Positions 12,701 through 26,575 of a DNA stretch of 64,000 nt are shown here, piece by piece. This DNA is from Squalus acanthias. Lineage: Eukaryota. Under the pieces are notes generated by a model. It searched no databases and was not told the origin of the DNA. It saw only the letters and a program-made list of their open reading frames with translations. Positions within the stretch are counted from its first letter, which is position 1. The number at the start of each line of letters is the position of its first letter. Both the position numbers and the translations under genes were made by a program. The DNA lies in NCBI GenBank assembly GCA_030390025.1, contig CM059431.1, positions 143,656,001-143,720,000 of the forward strand, in the 5' to 3' direction.

Positions 12701-13397
12701 AAGATATCATCTCTCCTTACTGCAGTAATTGCCTCCATGATCAAAATTGTGACAACCCCTCCTCTTTTACAAACCCCTCTGTCTCGCCTGAAGATACTAT
12801 ACCCCGGAATATTGATCTGCCAGTCCTGCCCATCCTTCAACCTTGTCTCTGTGATAGCAACAATATCAAACTTCCATGTGTTAATCAACACATTCAATTC
12901 ATCTGCCTTACTCGCAAGACTCCATGTATTAAAATAAATGCCATCCAGCCTTGCCATACTCCCTTGTGCCGTTACATATTTGCTCTGCCTTCCAGACTGA
13001 CTTGTTTTTTCCTCTATATTTGGCTGTGCATCACCACCTACTATAGCTCCACTCCGTATCCCATCCCCCTGCCAAGTTAGTTTAACACCCCTGCCCCCAA
13101 CAGCACTAGCAACCCTCCCCACAAGGTTGTTGGTCCCATTCTGGTACAGGTGCTTTTACCAGGCGAAAGAATTGTAAAGGTTTTCTGGGGTAGGAAGATC
13201 ACAAACACGTGGAACTATCCGCCCGCAGAGGCCCTTCTCCAGGGCAGGCGGAGGATCTGTCAAGAGCATTCTTGTCAGATCGGAAATGCCGCTTTTCAGC
13301 GCATGCGCTGTGCATGCATGAAACAGGCATTTCCGATGTCCCTATGGGTGGGTACACAGCCTGTACACACCCGTAGGGATCGTAATATCTGCGCCAC
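9797..13397. mobile_element. Fragments of diverged MITE-family elements (9797-10068, 13150-13397) split by a CR1
   Basis: Family hairpins (gagtacacagcgcgtactc, gaatttctggccc); the palindrome ctggtaaaagcaggc..gcctgcttttaccag is cut by the CR1 insertion. Confidence 0.55.
10069..13149 (-). mobile_element. CR1 LINE ORF2 (APE endonuclease and RT), frameshifted
   Basis: ORFs 12334-13122 (IVAITET, IVGDFN), 11017-11661 (NYRPVS, IPQGSVLG), 10673-11014 (KFADD); 3' tail at 10069. Confidence 0.93.
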
Positions 13398-13569
13398 TAA
13401 AATTATTCAGTTAGTTAAAGCAGAAGTGACAGATAAGCAACGTGTTAAGTTAAACGGTGTAAGAAAGACAGCATCAGGTCAAACGGTCAGGTTAGGATCT
13501 CTGTCCCAAATAAGAGTTTAATATCTGAACGTATGGTTATAAGAAAGAAAGTTTGCGAATTGGAGGTTC

Positions 13570-14787
13570 AAATGTGTCAAATTGATCCGAGTTTGCTGAT
13601 GATACAAAGCTAGGTGGGAAAGTAAGTTGTGAGCAGGATGCAAAGATGATGCAATGTGATATAGACAGGTTAAGTGAATGGGAAAGCACGTGGCAGATGG
13701 AATATAATATGGACAAATCTGAGGTTATTCAATTTGTTAGGAAAAATAGAAAAACAGAATTTTTTAAATGGTGAAAAATCGGGCCATGTTGGGATTCAGA
13801 GGGAACTGCGTGCCCTTGTACACTGCAAGTTAGCCTGCAGGTGCAGCAAGCAATTAGGAAAGCAAATGGGATGTTAGCCTTTATTAAAAAAGGATTGGAA
13901 TATAAGAGTAAATAAGTCTTAATGCAAGTATATGAGTCATAGAAACATAGAAACATAGAATCTAGGAGCAGGAGTAGGCCATTCGGCCCGTCGAGCCTGC
14001 AACACCATTCAATACGATCATGGCTGATCATCCAAATCCAGTACCCTGTCCCTGCTTTAATCCCTACAGTACACATATCCCACCCGACCCCCGTAACCCC
14101 ACGTATTTAATTCCCCCTAACATATCCCATCCTATCCCCATAACCCCACATATTTAATCCCCCCCTAACACTAAGGGTCAATTTATCATAGCCAAATCAA
14201 CCTAACCCGCACATTTTTGGAGTGACCAGTCCTGACATACTGTGTAAAGTTTTAGTCTCCTTATCTAAGAAAGGATATACTTGCCAAGAGGGAGTGCAAC
14301 GAATGTCCAACAGACTGATTGCTTGGTAAGAGGGGATTGTCCTATGAGGAGAGATTGTGCAGACTAGGCCTATATTCCCTATAATTTAGAAGAATTGAGG
14401 TGATTTAATTGAAACATTTAAAACTCTTACAGCGCTTGATAGGGTAGATGATGGGAGGAGGTTTCCTCTGGCTGGGGAGTATAAAACCAGGGACAGAGTC
14501 TCAGAATAACGGGTCGTTCATTTCGGATTGAGATGAGTAGAAATTTCTTCACTCAGACGGCGGTGCTTCTTTGGAATTCTCTACCCCAGAGGGCTGTGGA
14601 GGCTCAGTCGTTGAGTATATTCAAGACAGAGGTCGATAAATATTTGGGAAGGAAGGGAATTTAAGAGATATGTGGACAGTGCGGGAAAGTGGAGTTGAGG
14701 TAACAGATCAGCTCTGATCTTATTGAACGCCGGAGCCGGCTCTTAGGGACGAATGGCCTGTTCCTGCTCCTACTTCTTATGTTCTTA
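13570..14787 (+). mobile_element. CR1 LINE 3' fragment containing an antisense SINE/CR1-tail insert (~13937-14222)
   Basis: tttgctgatgatacaaag (FADDTK) through 3' tail ttcttatgttctt; insert starts catagaaacatagaaacatagaa and ends in the HE1-like 3' segment. Confidence 0.8.
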
Positions 14788-14875
14788 AATACAGCTTAGA
14801 GGGTACGACATGTTGGCCATTACTGGGACATGCTTTATTCTGGTCATGATCGGGAGTTAAAAATTCCAGGTTGTA

Positions 14876-16510
14876 AGAACATAAGAATATAAGAAATAGG
14901 AGCAGGAGTAGGCCATTGGGCCCCTCGAGCCTGCTCTGCCATTCAATAAGATCATGGCTTATCTGAACTAGACCTCAACTCCACTTTCCTGCCCGCTCCC
15001 CATAACCGTTGACTCCCCTATAGTTCAAAAATCTGTCTATCTCCAACTTAAATATATTCAATGACACAGCCTCCACAGCACTCTGGGGTAGAGAATTACA
15101 AAGATTCAAGACCTTCCAAGGGAATACATTTCTCCACGTCTCCGTTTAAAATGGGCAAGCCCTTATTATGAAACTAGGCCGCCTAGTTCTAGATTCCCCC
15201 ATGAGGGGAAACATCCTCTCTGTATCTAAACTGTCAAGTCCCCTCAGAATCTTACATGTTTCAATAAGACCACCTCTCATTCTTCTGAACTCCAATGAGT
15301 ATCGGCCAAACCTGCTCAACATTTCTTCATAAGACACCCCCCTCATCTCAGGAATCAATCTAGTTAACCTTCTATGAACTGCCTCCAATGCAAGTATATC
15401 CCTCCTTCAATAAGGAGACCAAAAGCGTTCGCAGTACCCCAGGTGTGGTCTCACCAACGCCCTGTACAGCTGTAGCAAGACTTACCTACTTTTATACACC
15501 ATCCCCTTGCAATAAAGGCCAACATTCCATTCCAATGAATTGTTGTAACTGCATGCTAACTTTTTGTGTTTCATGTACAAAAACCCCCAGATCCCTCTTT
15601 ACCGCAGCATTTTGTAGTCTCTCTCCCTTTTAATAATAATTGTTTTTTTTATTTTTCCTACCAAAGTGGATAACCTCACATTTTCTCACATTATACTCCT
15701 TCTGCCAAATGTTTGCCCACTCACTTAACCGATCTGTATCCCCTTGCAGATTCTTTGTGTCCTCCACACAGCTTGCTTTCCCAGCTATCTTAGTATCATC
15801 AGCAAATGTGGCTGCATTACACTCGGTCCCTTCATCCAAGTCATTAATATAGATTGTAAATAGTTGAGGCCCCAGCACTGATCCCTGTGGCACCCTACTA
15901 GTTACAGTTTGCCAACCTAAAAATTCCCCATTTTTCCCGACTTTTCTGTTGCCTGTTAGTTAGCCAATCCTCTAACTATGGTAATATATTACCCCCAACT
16001 CCGTGAGCTCTTAACTTGGGCAGTAACCTTTTATGTGGCACCTTATCGAATGCCTTCTGGAAATCCAAATACTACACATCTGCTGGTTCCCCTTTAACCA
16101 CACTGCTCGTTACATCCTCAAAGAACTCTAGCAAATTTGTCAAACATGATTTCGCTTTCATAAAACACTGCTGAATCTGTTTGATTGTATTATGATTTTC
16201 AAAATGTCCTGCTGCTAATATCTTAATAATGGACTCCAGCATATTCCCACTGACAGATGATAGTCTAACTGGTCTATAGTTTCCTGCTTTCTGTCTCCCT
16301 CCTTTCCTGAATACTGGCTTTTCATTTGCGGTTTTCCAATACGTTGGGACCTCTCCAGAGTCCAGGGAATTTTGGTGGATTACAAACAATGCATCCACTA
16401 TCTCTGCAGCCAAATATTTTAAGACCCTAGGATGCTGGGCATCAGGTACAGGAGACTTGTTCATCGTTAGTCCCATTAGTTTGCCTAGTACTTTTTCTCC
16501 AGTTATAGTG
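14876..16510 (-). mobile_element. CR1 LINE RT and 3' end
   Basis: ORFs 16072-16476, 15630-15893 ([14 protein letters not shown]), 15146-15388; taagaacataagaa tail. Confidence 0.9.
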
Positions 16511-17292
16511 TTCTGTAGAACGGATCGGGAAACTGTAAGAGGAGGAGTGACAGCCTCAATGATTAAAGGTATATTACAGCATTAGTGAGAGAGGATATAG
16601 TTAAGGTAAAGTAATCCGCTGGGATTCTGTGTTGGGAATTTAGGAATAAGCAAGTACTTAAAACTTTAACGGGAGTTGTCTACAGGCTTCCCGATAGCAG
16701 CAATAAAGATACTGCATGTGTAACTTCAGAGATTAGAGCGGATTGCAGCAAAAGCAGGGTTGTTATAATTGGAGACATTAATTTTCAGCTAATATGGGAA
16801 GAGCAGAGTAGCTCAAGTCGGAAAAGTAGTGAATATATTGATTACATTGAAGATAGTTTTCTGGAACAATATGTTGAAGAACCAACAAGATTTAATACAT
16901 TTAGTAATGAACAATGATCCAGTCTTAGTTAATAATATAACAGTAAGAGAACTATCATCTAACAGTAAGCATAATATGATCGAATGCAATGCTCGGTTTT
17001 GAAGGAGAAATGCAACACAATTTTAAGAATCTCCATTTTGGTAACATGAACGGGAAGAAACAGAGACTGACGACAGCAATTTGGTTAAAATTGTTATCGA
17101 GTAAGACTACAGATGAAAAGTGGGAGGTGTTCAGAAAATAATTTAGCTTAATACAAGACCAGTGTATTCCCCTAAAGGGCAAGAGCTTTACATACCAATT
17201 AAAACGGAAATGGTCGACATAGAGTTGAGAGATAAATAAAATTATAGGAAATAGAGTGAAACCTTGCAAAGAATAGTGTAGATCCAGAGGGG

Positions 17293-18740
17293 GAGGTGCC
17301 TGATGATTGGAAAGTGGCAAAAGTGATACCATTGTTCAAGAAAGGATGTAAGGACAATCCTAGTAACTACAGGACTGTCAGTTTAACTTCATCGGTGGGC
17401 AAAGTTTTAGAACTAATAATCAAGGAAAAAATTAACGGGCACTTGGAGAGGTTTAAGCTAATTAAGAGAGCAAACACGAATGTGTAAAAGGCAGATCGTG
17501 TTTCACTAATCTAAGTGAATTTTTTGATGAATTAACAGAGAGGATTGATGAAGGGCATGCAATGGATGTTGTCTAAATGGATTTTCGGAAGGCGTTTGAC
17601 AAAGTACCAAATAGAAGGCTGGTTCACAAAATTGAGGCTCGTGGAATAGATGGGTCAGTAGCAGCTTGGATAAGGAATTGTCTTAATGACATAAAACAGC
17701 GAGTTGTGGTAAATGGCTGTTTTTAGGAATGGAGAATGTTAGACAGTGGTGTTCCCCAAGGGTCAGTGCTGGAGCCACTGTTTTTTTTATATAATATAAA
17801 TGACCTAGATATTGGAATTCAGAGTAGAATTTCTAAATTTGTCGATGACACCAAATTTGGGCGTGTGGCAAACAGTGAGGATGATACCAATTGACTGCAA
17901 CAGGACAGAGAAAGGCTAGCAGAATGGGCAGACAAGTGGCAGATGGAATGTAATACAGAGAAGTGTGAGGTGATGCATTTTGGCAAAAGGAACAGGGAGA
18001 GGCAATATACACTTAATGGCACAGTTTTAAAGAGAGTGCAGGGAGAGAGGTACCGGGGAGTTAATGTGCATATGTCCCTGAAGGTGGAGAGACATATTGA
18101 GAGAGTGGTTAGGAAAGCATATGGGATCTTGGGCTTCATAAATAGAGGTATTGAGTTCAAAAGAAGACTAGTTATGCTGAACATTTATGAAGTGCTGGTT
18201 AGGCCACAACTCGAGTATTGCGTGCAGTTCTGGTCACCACACTTTCGGAAGGACGTGAAGGCACTTGAGAGGGTGCAGAGGAGATTTACCAGAATAGTTC
18301 CTGGGATGGGGTTCTTAGCTACAAGGACAGGTTGGAGAAGCTGGATTTGTTTTCATTGGAGCAAAGGCGTTTGCGGGGTGATTTGATAGATTTGTACAAG
18401 GTTATGACGGGTTTGGATAGGCTGGACGGGGAAAGGCTTTTCCCACTAGTTGATGGAAAAAGGACGAGGGGACAAAGAATTAAGTTTTTGTGCAAGAGAT
18501 ACAGGAGGGATGTGAGGAAAAACTTTTTTACGCAGCGAGTGGCGATGACCTGGAACTCGCTGCCGACGGAAGTGGTGGAAGCGGAGAAACTCATTGTTTT
18601 CAAGAGGAGACTGGATAGGCACTTGAGGGAAACAAACCTGCAGGGATCTGGGTGTGGAGCTGTGGAATGGGACTGACTGGATTGCTATACAGAGAGCCGG
18701 CACGGACTCGATCGGCCGCCTTCTGTGCCATTATGATTCT
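17293..18740 (+). mobile_element. CR1 LINE RT and 3' end (nested)
   Basis: ORFs 17296-17487, 17943-18386, 18332-18676 (RKNFFTQRV). Confidence 0.88.
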
Positions 18741-19254
18741 ACAACAACAAAGGAAGATAAAAAATGATAGTAAGAGCTGCAAAAGGGAGTACAAAAATAA
18801 ACTTGTGCGGGTTATCAAGATTAACACGAAACGTTTTTACAATTATATTAGAAGAAAAATACATAGTCAAGAGTAATGAGTTCCATTTAGAATTGTATCT
18901 GGGTAATATTGCGAATGCAAATAAGAAATAAGCAGATTGTTGAATTATTAATGTGTGACTGTCTTCACAGTAGGGGAAGCGGATAATGTGCCTAACATTA
19001 CAGCGAAACTAATAGTGAATCAAGGACTGGAACTCACTAAAGTTAACATAAGCAAGAAAACAATATTAGAAAAAATAATGGCTCTAAAGTCTAAGAAGTC
19101 CTCAGGATCTGAAGCTTCCCAGCCAGAGCTTTAAAGGAATAGGTGAGTAAATTGCAGTTGTGTTGGCCATAATCTTCCAAAGCAATCGCGATTCAGTAAT
19201 TATCACTTTAGGTTGGAAAATTATAACTGTAACTCTAGTATTTGAAAAGTTATG

Positions 19255-21135
19255 AGAAATGGAATTGGGGATAATATACTTGCATGTATTGAGAATTGGT
19301 TAACAGACAGAAAAAAAAGAGTAGGGATAAACGGGTCTTTTTCAGGATGGCAGGCTGTGACAAGTGGGGTACCGCAGGGATGTATATCGATGATTTGGAT
19401 GAGGGGACTAAATGTAACATTTCCAAATTTGCTGATGATACAAAGCTAGGTGGCAGTGTCAGTTGTGAAGAGGATGTGAAGAGACTTCAAGAGGATCTCC
19501 AACGGCTCAATGAGTGGGCGAGAACATGGCAGATGGAATATAATGTGGATAAATGTGAAATTATCCACTTTGGTAGAAAAAACAGAAAGGCAGAGTATTT
19601 CCTAAATGGTGAAAGATTGGGGAATGCAGATGCTTAAAGGAACCTGGGTGTCCTTGTACATGAGTCACTGAAAGTGAAGGTGCAGGTGCAGCAAGCCATC
19701 AGGAAGGCAAATGGTACGCTGGCCTTCATTACAAGAGGATGTGAGAACAGGAGTAAAGAAGTCTTACTCCAATTATACAGGCCTTGGTGAGACCACAACT
19801 GGAGTACTGTGTACAATTTTGATCTCCTTACCTTAAGGAAGGATATACTTGCCTTAGAGGGAGTGCAACGAAGGTTCACGAGATTTATTCCTGGGATGGT
19901 GGGACTGTTGTATGAGAAGTGATTGAGTAAATTAGGCCTTTATTCTCTTGAATTCAGAAGAATGAGAGGGGTTCTCATTGAAGCAAGCAAAATTATTACA
20001 GGGCTTGATCGGGTGGATGCTGGGAGAATGTTGCCCTTGACTGGGGCGTCTAGATCCAGGGCCTACCGCCTCAGGATAAAGGGTAGGCCATTCAGGACTG
20101 AGATGAGAAGACATTTCCTTACACAGAGGGTGGTGAATCTTTGGAATTCGCTACCCCAGAGCGCTGTGGAGGCTCAGTCATTGGTTATATTCAAAACAGA
20201 AGTCGATAGATTTCTGACTAGTAAGGGCATCAAGGGATATGGCGATAGGGCCGGTGAATGGAGTGAGGCAGATGATCAGCCATGATCTCATTGAATGGCG
20301 GAGCAGGCTCGAAGGACCGAATGGCCTACTCCTGTTCCTATTTCTTACGTTATTGGCCCAGAAATTAGACTTCGATGGTTGCCGCGGGGGTAAGGATCGT
20401 GCGCGATCTTACCTACTGTGCCTGCCTTTATGGTTCGGGCCCACACGAACTTCGGTTCCTGGGCCTCTCCCTAGTGCCGGCGCGCAGTGTGTGCGTGTCC
20501 CAGAGGCGCAGTTAGTTCGATGCGACCTCTGGGATCACGTGGGCCAGTTAGAGCCAATGGCAGCACACCATCTTTCATTCATAGTTTTGACAGGAGAACT
20601 GTCAAAACTATGAATACAACAAGCGCCCAAAAGAACAGCTAAACCTCAATTAAATTTAAAAAAAACCATCACATTAATAAAATAACTATAGTTAAATAAA
20701 TTAACCACTTTAAACAAAAATTTAAATTTTTGAAAGAATTTAAATTCTTTTTAAAAGTGATAAAAATAAAGTTACCTTTCTTTAAAGTCTCTAAAAAAGA
20801 TAAACCTGTTGAAAAAATTTAAAATAATACTTAATTAACTACTTACCTTGTTAAAAGGGAGTCTTACGCCTCCTTTATTCATGTGTAAAATCCTCCACAC
20901 TTACCCTCGCGTTCAAACCTGAAAAAAAACCTATGTGTGCTGCGTGCGCACAGCCTGTAGTGCGCACGCGGTTCACTTAGGAACCGCCCCCTTCGCAATA
21001 TCGGAAGTGCCGGTTTCCCGCGCATGCGCAGTGCATCCAGGAAACCGGCACTTCGGGACCGAATACGGGTGAGTACACAGTGCGTACTCTCCCGTATTCG
21101 GCCGAATTTCTGGGCCAATATGTTCTTATGTTCTT
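19255..21135 (+). mobile_element. CR1 LINE 3' part (nested) with a MITE in its tail
   Basis: ORFs 19296-19637 (KFADDTK), 19923-20285; ttcttatg tail split by the 20355-21116 MITE. Confidence 0.88.
20355..21116. mobile_element. ~760-bp MITE, PIF/Harbinger-like
   Basis: TIR ggcccagaaatt...aatttctgggcc; AT-rich core; subterminal hairpins; family shared with 22788, 43445, 57005. Confidence 0.85.
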
Positions 21136-22324
21136 AAGAACCCAGGAAATCATGGATCTTTTAGTTAACTTTTGTTATAGGGAAGTTATTGGAATCTATA
21201 ATTAACGACAGAGTGAATGAGCACTTAGACAATATTGAGCTGACTAGAGAGAGCAAACATGGATTTCTAAATAGTAGGTCAGGTATAACGAACCTGATTG
21301 ATTTTTTTGAGGAAGTAACTAAAGTGGTTGAGAGGCTAATGTAGTTTATAAGGAATTCCAGAAGGCATTCGAGAAGGTTCCGCCAAAGACACTGTTCGCT
21401 CAAATTAATGTTCATGGAATTGAAGGTAAATTATTGTCCTGGTTAGGATAGTGGTTCAGCGGCAGAAGGGAGTAGGAATAATGAGTATGCACTCGAATTG
21501 CAAGGAAGTGACTAGTGGTGATCCACAAGGATGTGTGCTGGGCCTTCAACTATTAACTTTATTTATTAATGACTTATATAACAATATCAAGACCCACATA
21601 TGCAAGTTTGTCGATAAAACAAAGATGGGTGGCACAGTAAGTAATGTAGTCGGAGCATAAAATTACGAAGAATTATTGATAGATTGAGGGAGGAGCTAAA
21701 CTGTTGCAGATGGATTTCAATAAACCTAAGTATGTGAGTATACATTTTGGACCTAAACAGGATAGATCTGAATATTTGTAAAATATAGGAACAGAGGAGG
21801 TCCTAAGAGATTTCGGGGTCCATGTGCACAGATTACTAGAATGTAATAGTCATATACAAAATAATCAAAACGCTAATGGAATGCCAGCATTTGCAACTAG
21901 AGGGCTATAATATAAATGGTAAGATGTTTTGTTACAGCTATACAAAGCCCTCGTTAGACCACATCTGAAGAACAGCGCAGGGAACCGCACGTTAGAAAGG
22001 CTATATTGACTGATGAAGGATTGCAGCGCAGATTCACCAGAATGTTACTGCGGCTCCAAGGGTTAGATTATAAAGAGAGATTACATAAACTAGGCTGCTT
22101 TTCCATGAAGGTTGAAGTAACTTGAGGTTTTTAGGATTTTGGAAGTGATTGACAGGGTAGAGAGTAAAATTTTCCACTGTTGGGCGATTCTAGAATAGGG
22201 GACATAAACTTTCAATCAGAGCTGGACATATTAAGAGAGAAGTTTGGAAATAATTCTTCAATAAAGGTTAGCGGAAGTGTGGAACTCTCTCCCACAAAAT
22301 GCAGTACATGCTGGCGCAATTAAT

Positions 22325-23891
22325 GGCGCAGAATTTGTGGTAGGGATGACAGCCAAGTGGCAGGATTTGCCGTCAATCCGCCTTTGCAACTGACCGCAAA
22401 TTCGTGAATTGGCGCATGAACAGGCGTATGTGTAAATCCTGAAGTTGTGGTCTGTCATTCACTGCTCCGACACAGCTTGCGCTGTACACCCACCCCCACT
22501 CCACTCCCCACGGCTACTCCCCCCTCTCCACCCCGCCATAGCCAGCAGTCAGTGTAATCACTCAAATCAGAGAAACTGACTAAATCTTCGGCTGGACCGG
22601 AGTAATTACTCTGTTGAAGTCCCCACTAAAATTTAGACCCAAATGGATTAGATGCAACTGGGGTTTTTGACACCGTATTGACTGCTAAACAAAGGTTACG
22701 GGCCTGAAAAACTAATTTTAATTTTGGCAGGGTGAAATTTATCCACTTTAATAAAAAATATATTTTTAAAGAATATTTTGAAACAATGGCCCAGAAATTG
22801 CAGTGTGAGGGTTCGTGCGAGGGTAAGCCCTTCCCGCGATGTCTCACTGCGCGTTGGCTTTTTCAGTCCCAGCTCGCTGGAACTTCATGTTCCAGCCATC
22901 AGCTGCGAGTGCATCGTGATCCCACAGTGCGAAGTTAGTTCGAGCGTACTGTGGGATCACGTGACTGAGTTACAGCCAATGGCAGCACACCAAGCTCTCA
23001 TTCATAGAATTCACAGCGGCCATTGAACTGCTGTGAAAACTAGGAATACAACAAGCCCCCAAAAGAAGAGCTAAACCTCCATTAAATTAAAAAAAAAACC
23101 CATCACATAATTAAAATAAGTGTAATTAAATAAATTAACCTTTTTAAACAAAAAAATAAATTTTTGAAAAAATTTTAAATCTTTTAAAATGTTATAAAAA
23201 TAAACTTACCTGTCTTTAAAGTCGCTACTAAAGATTTACCTGTAAAAAAAAATTCTAAATACTACTTAATTGTGTACTTACCTGGTTAAAAGAGTCTCCT
23301 GCGCTTCCTTTTTTCTTTTCCAGATTCTTCAATACTTACCTGCGTGCGCAAGCGATGAAGTGCACTGCGTGCGCGCAGCCTGTAGCGCGCACGCGGTGCA
23401 CTGAGGACCCGCCCCCTTTTCGAAAGATCAATTGCCGGTTTTCAGTGCATGCGCAGTGCATGCTGAAAACCGGCAATTGAAGTCTGGCTGCGTGAGTGTA
23501 CACTGTGCGTACTCTCGCGCAGCCGGATCAATTTCTGGGCCAACATGTTTTACAGTTTTTACATCTTCATTTCAGATTTTCCTTTTCCCAATGTGAAAAA
23601 CCCCAATCTTTGTTTTACTCTCTCTAACATGATTAAAATTTAGAATTTTAAGAGCTTACTCACTTCCGTGTTCGCTGTCTGTGAGAATTCTGCGTTTGGA
23701 TTGGCTGCTTAGACAGCCTGTTGACCTCAAAGCGGCTTGCATAAGGGATCCCCGCTATTCTTAACTGATTTGAATTAAATGTTGGAAAAACCGAACTTCT
23801 CCACCTAGAGATCGCAAGATCGTTGTGCGAAGCTTAATCCCGGGCCAGCGGTGAATGCCTTCACTTCGCCACTGATTGAAAATACTGGGCC
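22325..23891. mobile_element. Older TIR element with AAT target-site duplication, hosting a younger MITE
   Basis: aat|ggcgcagaattt ... aaaatactgggcc|aat; flanking CR1 sequence rejoins when it is removed. Confidence 0.7.
22788..23541. mobile_element. ~755-bp MITE (same family)
   Basis: TIR ggcccagaaattg...caatttctgggcc. Confidence 0.85.
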
Positions 23892-24059
23892 AATAATTTT
23901 CAACCTGAGATCGATATGTTTTTGATAGCCAAGGGTATCCAAGTATATCGAGCGGAAGCGGGTAGATATGGTTAGGGTACCGATCAGCCATGCTGTAATT
24001 GAATGGTGGAGAAGGCTGAAGGGGCTGAATGGTCTACTCCTGTTGCTATGGTTCGATGT

Positions 24060-24445
24060 TAAACAGCCACACCCTCCATCACTGGCGCACCATCTCCGCA
24101 GTGTGTACTAACTCCAGGAAGAACTGCAGCAACTCGCCAAGGCTTCTTGCACAGCACCTCCCAAACTCGTGGTCTTTACTGCCCAGTAGATGGACAGCAG
24201 ACAGCACGGGAACACTCTCACGTCCAGGTTCCCCTTCAAGAACACAACATGCTGACTTGGACATATATCATCGTTCCTTCACCATTACTGGATCAAAATC
24301 ATGGGAATGCGTACTTAACAACACTGAGAGAGCACCTTCACCAGGGGTTCAAGAAGATAGCTCACCGCACCTTCTCAAGGGCAACTATGGATGGGCAATA
24401 ATTGCTGGCCTTCCCAGCGACGGCCACATCTGAAGCATTAATTTT
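24060..24445 (+). mobile_element. 3' end of a second LINE family
   Basis: LHHWRT..AVCT..CSNSPRLL coding remnant and gggcaataattgctggcc 3' motif. Confidence 0.55.
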
Positions 24446-24954
24446 AAAATCGTTGCAAATCTTGCTATTTATACCCATGTCATTTCATTGCAATCGATGA
24501 GGTAGAAGTTCATTGTTTTATATTAGCAAGTCGTAGATTTGGCATTTGAGCTGATCCTTGCATTGTCCAGATCCTTGTGGAAGTGTTTCTTTCCCCAGAA
24601 AATAGAGGACCTCTTGAACAGACTACTCTCTCCTGCGGTGGACGCCGATTCTCTGATTTCCCTCAAGAGAAACCTGGAACTGTTTCTGTCTGGGGTGGAG
24701 ATCCCGGCTTACAAAAGGTGCGTACTGCCGGGAATCCAGGACCAGAGGGTTCACCTGGACTAGTTGGAGAAGAATTTCCCGGAATTTTGTCCCCAAATTG
24801 GCCTGAGTTCTCTATATGGGTTTTCGTCTCTCGCAAGAACTCACATGGTTTTGAATAGGGTGGAGAGTGAACAACATTCAGACCTGGGCTGATAAACGCT
24901 GCCTTGATGACAAGGGCATGAAATCCCACCTCATCTCTTGAATTCAGGTCTTTA

Positions 24955-25803
24955 TTTCATGTTTGTTCCAAGGCTGTAATGAGATCTGGAGCCGAATGGA
25001 CCTGGTGGATTCCAAACTGAGCATTGGTGAGTTGGTTATTGGTGCGTAAGTATCGCTTGATCGCAATGTCGACGACACCTTCCATCATTTTGCTAATGAT
25101 TGAGTGTAGACTGATGGGGCGGTGATTGGCCGGATTGGATTTGTCCTGCTTTTTGTGGACAGGGCATACCTGGACAATTTTCCACTTTGTCGGGTATATG
25201 CTGGTGTAGCTGTACTGAAACAGATTGCTGGAGGCGTGGCTAGTTCTGGGCCACAAGTCTTCAGAACTACAGCCTGGTTGTTGTCGGTGCTCATAGACTT
25301 TAATTTATCCAGTTCGCTGAATCCTTGCTTGATATCACGAGGAGTGAATCTAATTTGCTGAAAGCTGTCATTTGTAATGCTGGGAACCTCAGGAGGAGGC
25401 CGAGATGGATCATCCGCACGGCATTTCTGTCTGAAGTTGGTTGCAAACCTTTCAGTCTTGTCTTTTGCACTCACGTGCTGGGCTCTGCCACCATTAAGAA
25501 TGGGGATGTTCATGGAGCCTCCTACTCCGATTAGTTGTTTAATTGTCCACCACCATTCATGACTGGATGTGGCAGGACTGCAGAGCTTTTATCTGAAGCA
25601 TTGGTTGTGGGGTCGCTTAGCTCATTCTGCAGCATGTTGCACCGCTATTTAGCATGAATGTAGTCCTGTGCTTTAACTTCACCAGGTTGAAATCACATTT
25701 TCAGGTACGTCTGGTGCTGCTCCTGGCCTGCTCTTCTGCACTCTTCATTGAACCAGGGATGTTCCCCTGGCTTGATGGTAATGGCAGAGTGATTGATATG
25801 CCG
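24955..25803 (-). mobile_element. LINE RT fragment (same family as 40283-42680)
   Basis: ORFs 24957-25256 (WKIVQVCPVHKKQDKSNPANHRPISL) and 25085-25513. Confidence 0.85.
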
Positions 25804-26121
25804 ATAGGATCGCAGAGGGACCCTGGTTACAAATGATTCGAGGATGAACCGTACTGTGGACAGTAATTTATCTTTATGCAGCACAAACAAGACCTTATAC
25901 ATTACAGTATTCGAGCAGCAGTTTACAGTGGACACTTGCGACTTATATTACACCGTATCCTATGGGTAGAAGCGCAACCGTGATGAAGCTGCACCCTGTC
26001 TCTCTGGTCTCTCTTCTCTTTTTGTCTCCCAGGTTTCTCTTGGAATATTCCTGAAATCTTCTAAGATTTGTGGCTGTTAAGATTCCCTTGATATACCCTT
26101 ACTGTTATTCAAATCCTTTTT

Positions 26122-26306
26122 GGCTAGAAATTCGTCTCGGGCAGTGACGAAAAAAAGGCGGTATCGGATCGGCCGCCCGTTATACGCAGCGCCCGATATT
26201 CAGATCCTTTGACAGCTATAGAACTGAATATCAGGCGCTGCGTATAACTGGCGGCCGATCCGATACCGCCCGTTTCTCGCCACCATCCGAGACGAATTTC
26301 TAGGCC
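26122..26306. mobile_element. ~185-bp fully palindromic MITE
   Basis: ctagaaattcgtctcgg..ggcggtatcggatcggccgcc.gttatacgcagcgcc.gatattcag mirrored by ctgaatatc.ggcgctgcgtataac.ggcggccgatccgataccgcc..ccgagacgaatttctag. Confidence 0.85.
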
Positions 26307-26575
26307 ATGGAGTTTTACTGAACCAATCTTTGGCTGACATCCAAACCCACAAATCCAATCACAGAAATGCCACGTTCGCAGCAACTTGGCTTACGCAGGT
26401 TCTAATATTACGACACACATCATCTGTTTTTGACCATCAAGAATCATATTTGGGGTAGTTATGGCAACACAACGGAACATGCCTCCAGGGGGAAGAGATA
26501 TGGCGTCCTTGCTGTTTCTGTGAAAGGTTTATGTTTTAATTTCACCGCAGACATCATAACATCCCATAAAAATGC

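Larger units (their letters stand above)
16540..24055 (+). mobile_element. Old CR1 LINE in colinear pieces (16540-17280, 18750-19250, 21135-22324, 23892-24055) with nested insertions
   Basis: Pieces follow endonuclease, linker, RT, 3'UTR order and resume across each insertion. Confidence 0.65.

Noticed and set aside
25805..26561. Possible solo LTR (minus-strand start TGTTATGA)
   Set aside because: No matching second end, TSD, primer-binding site or internal sequence could be identified
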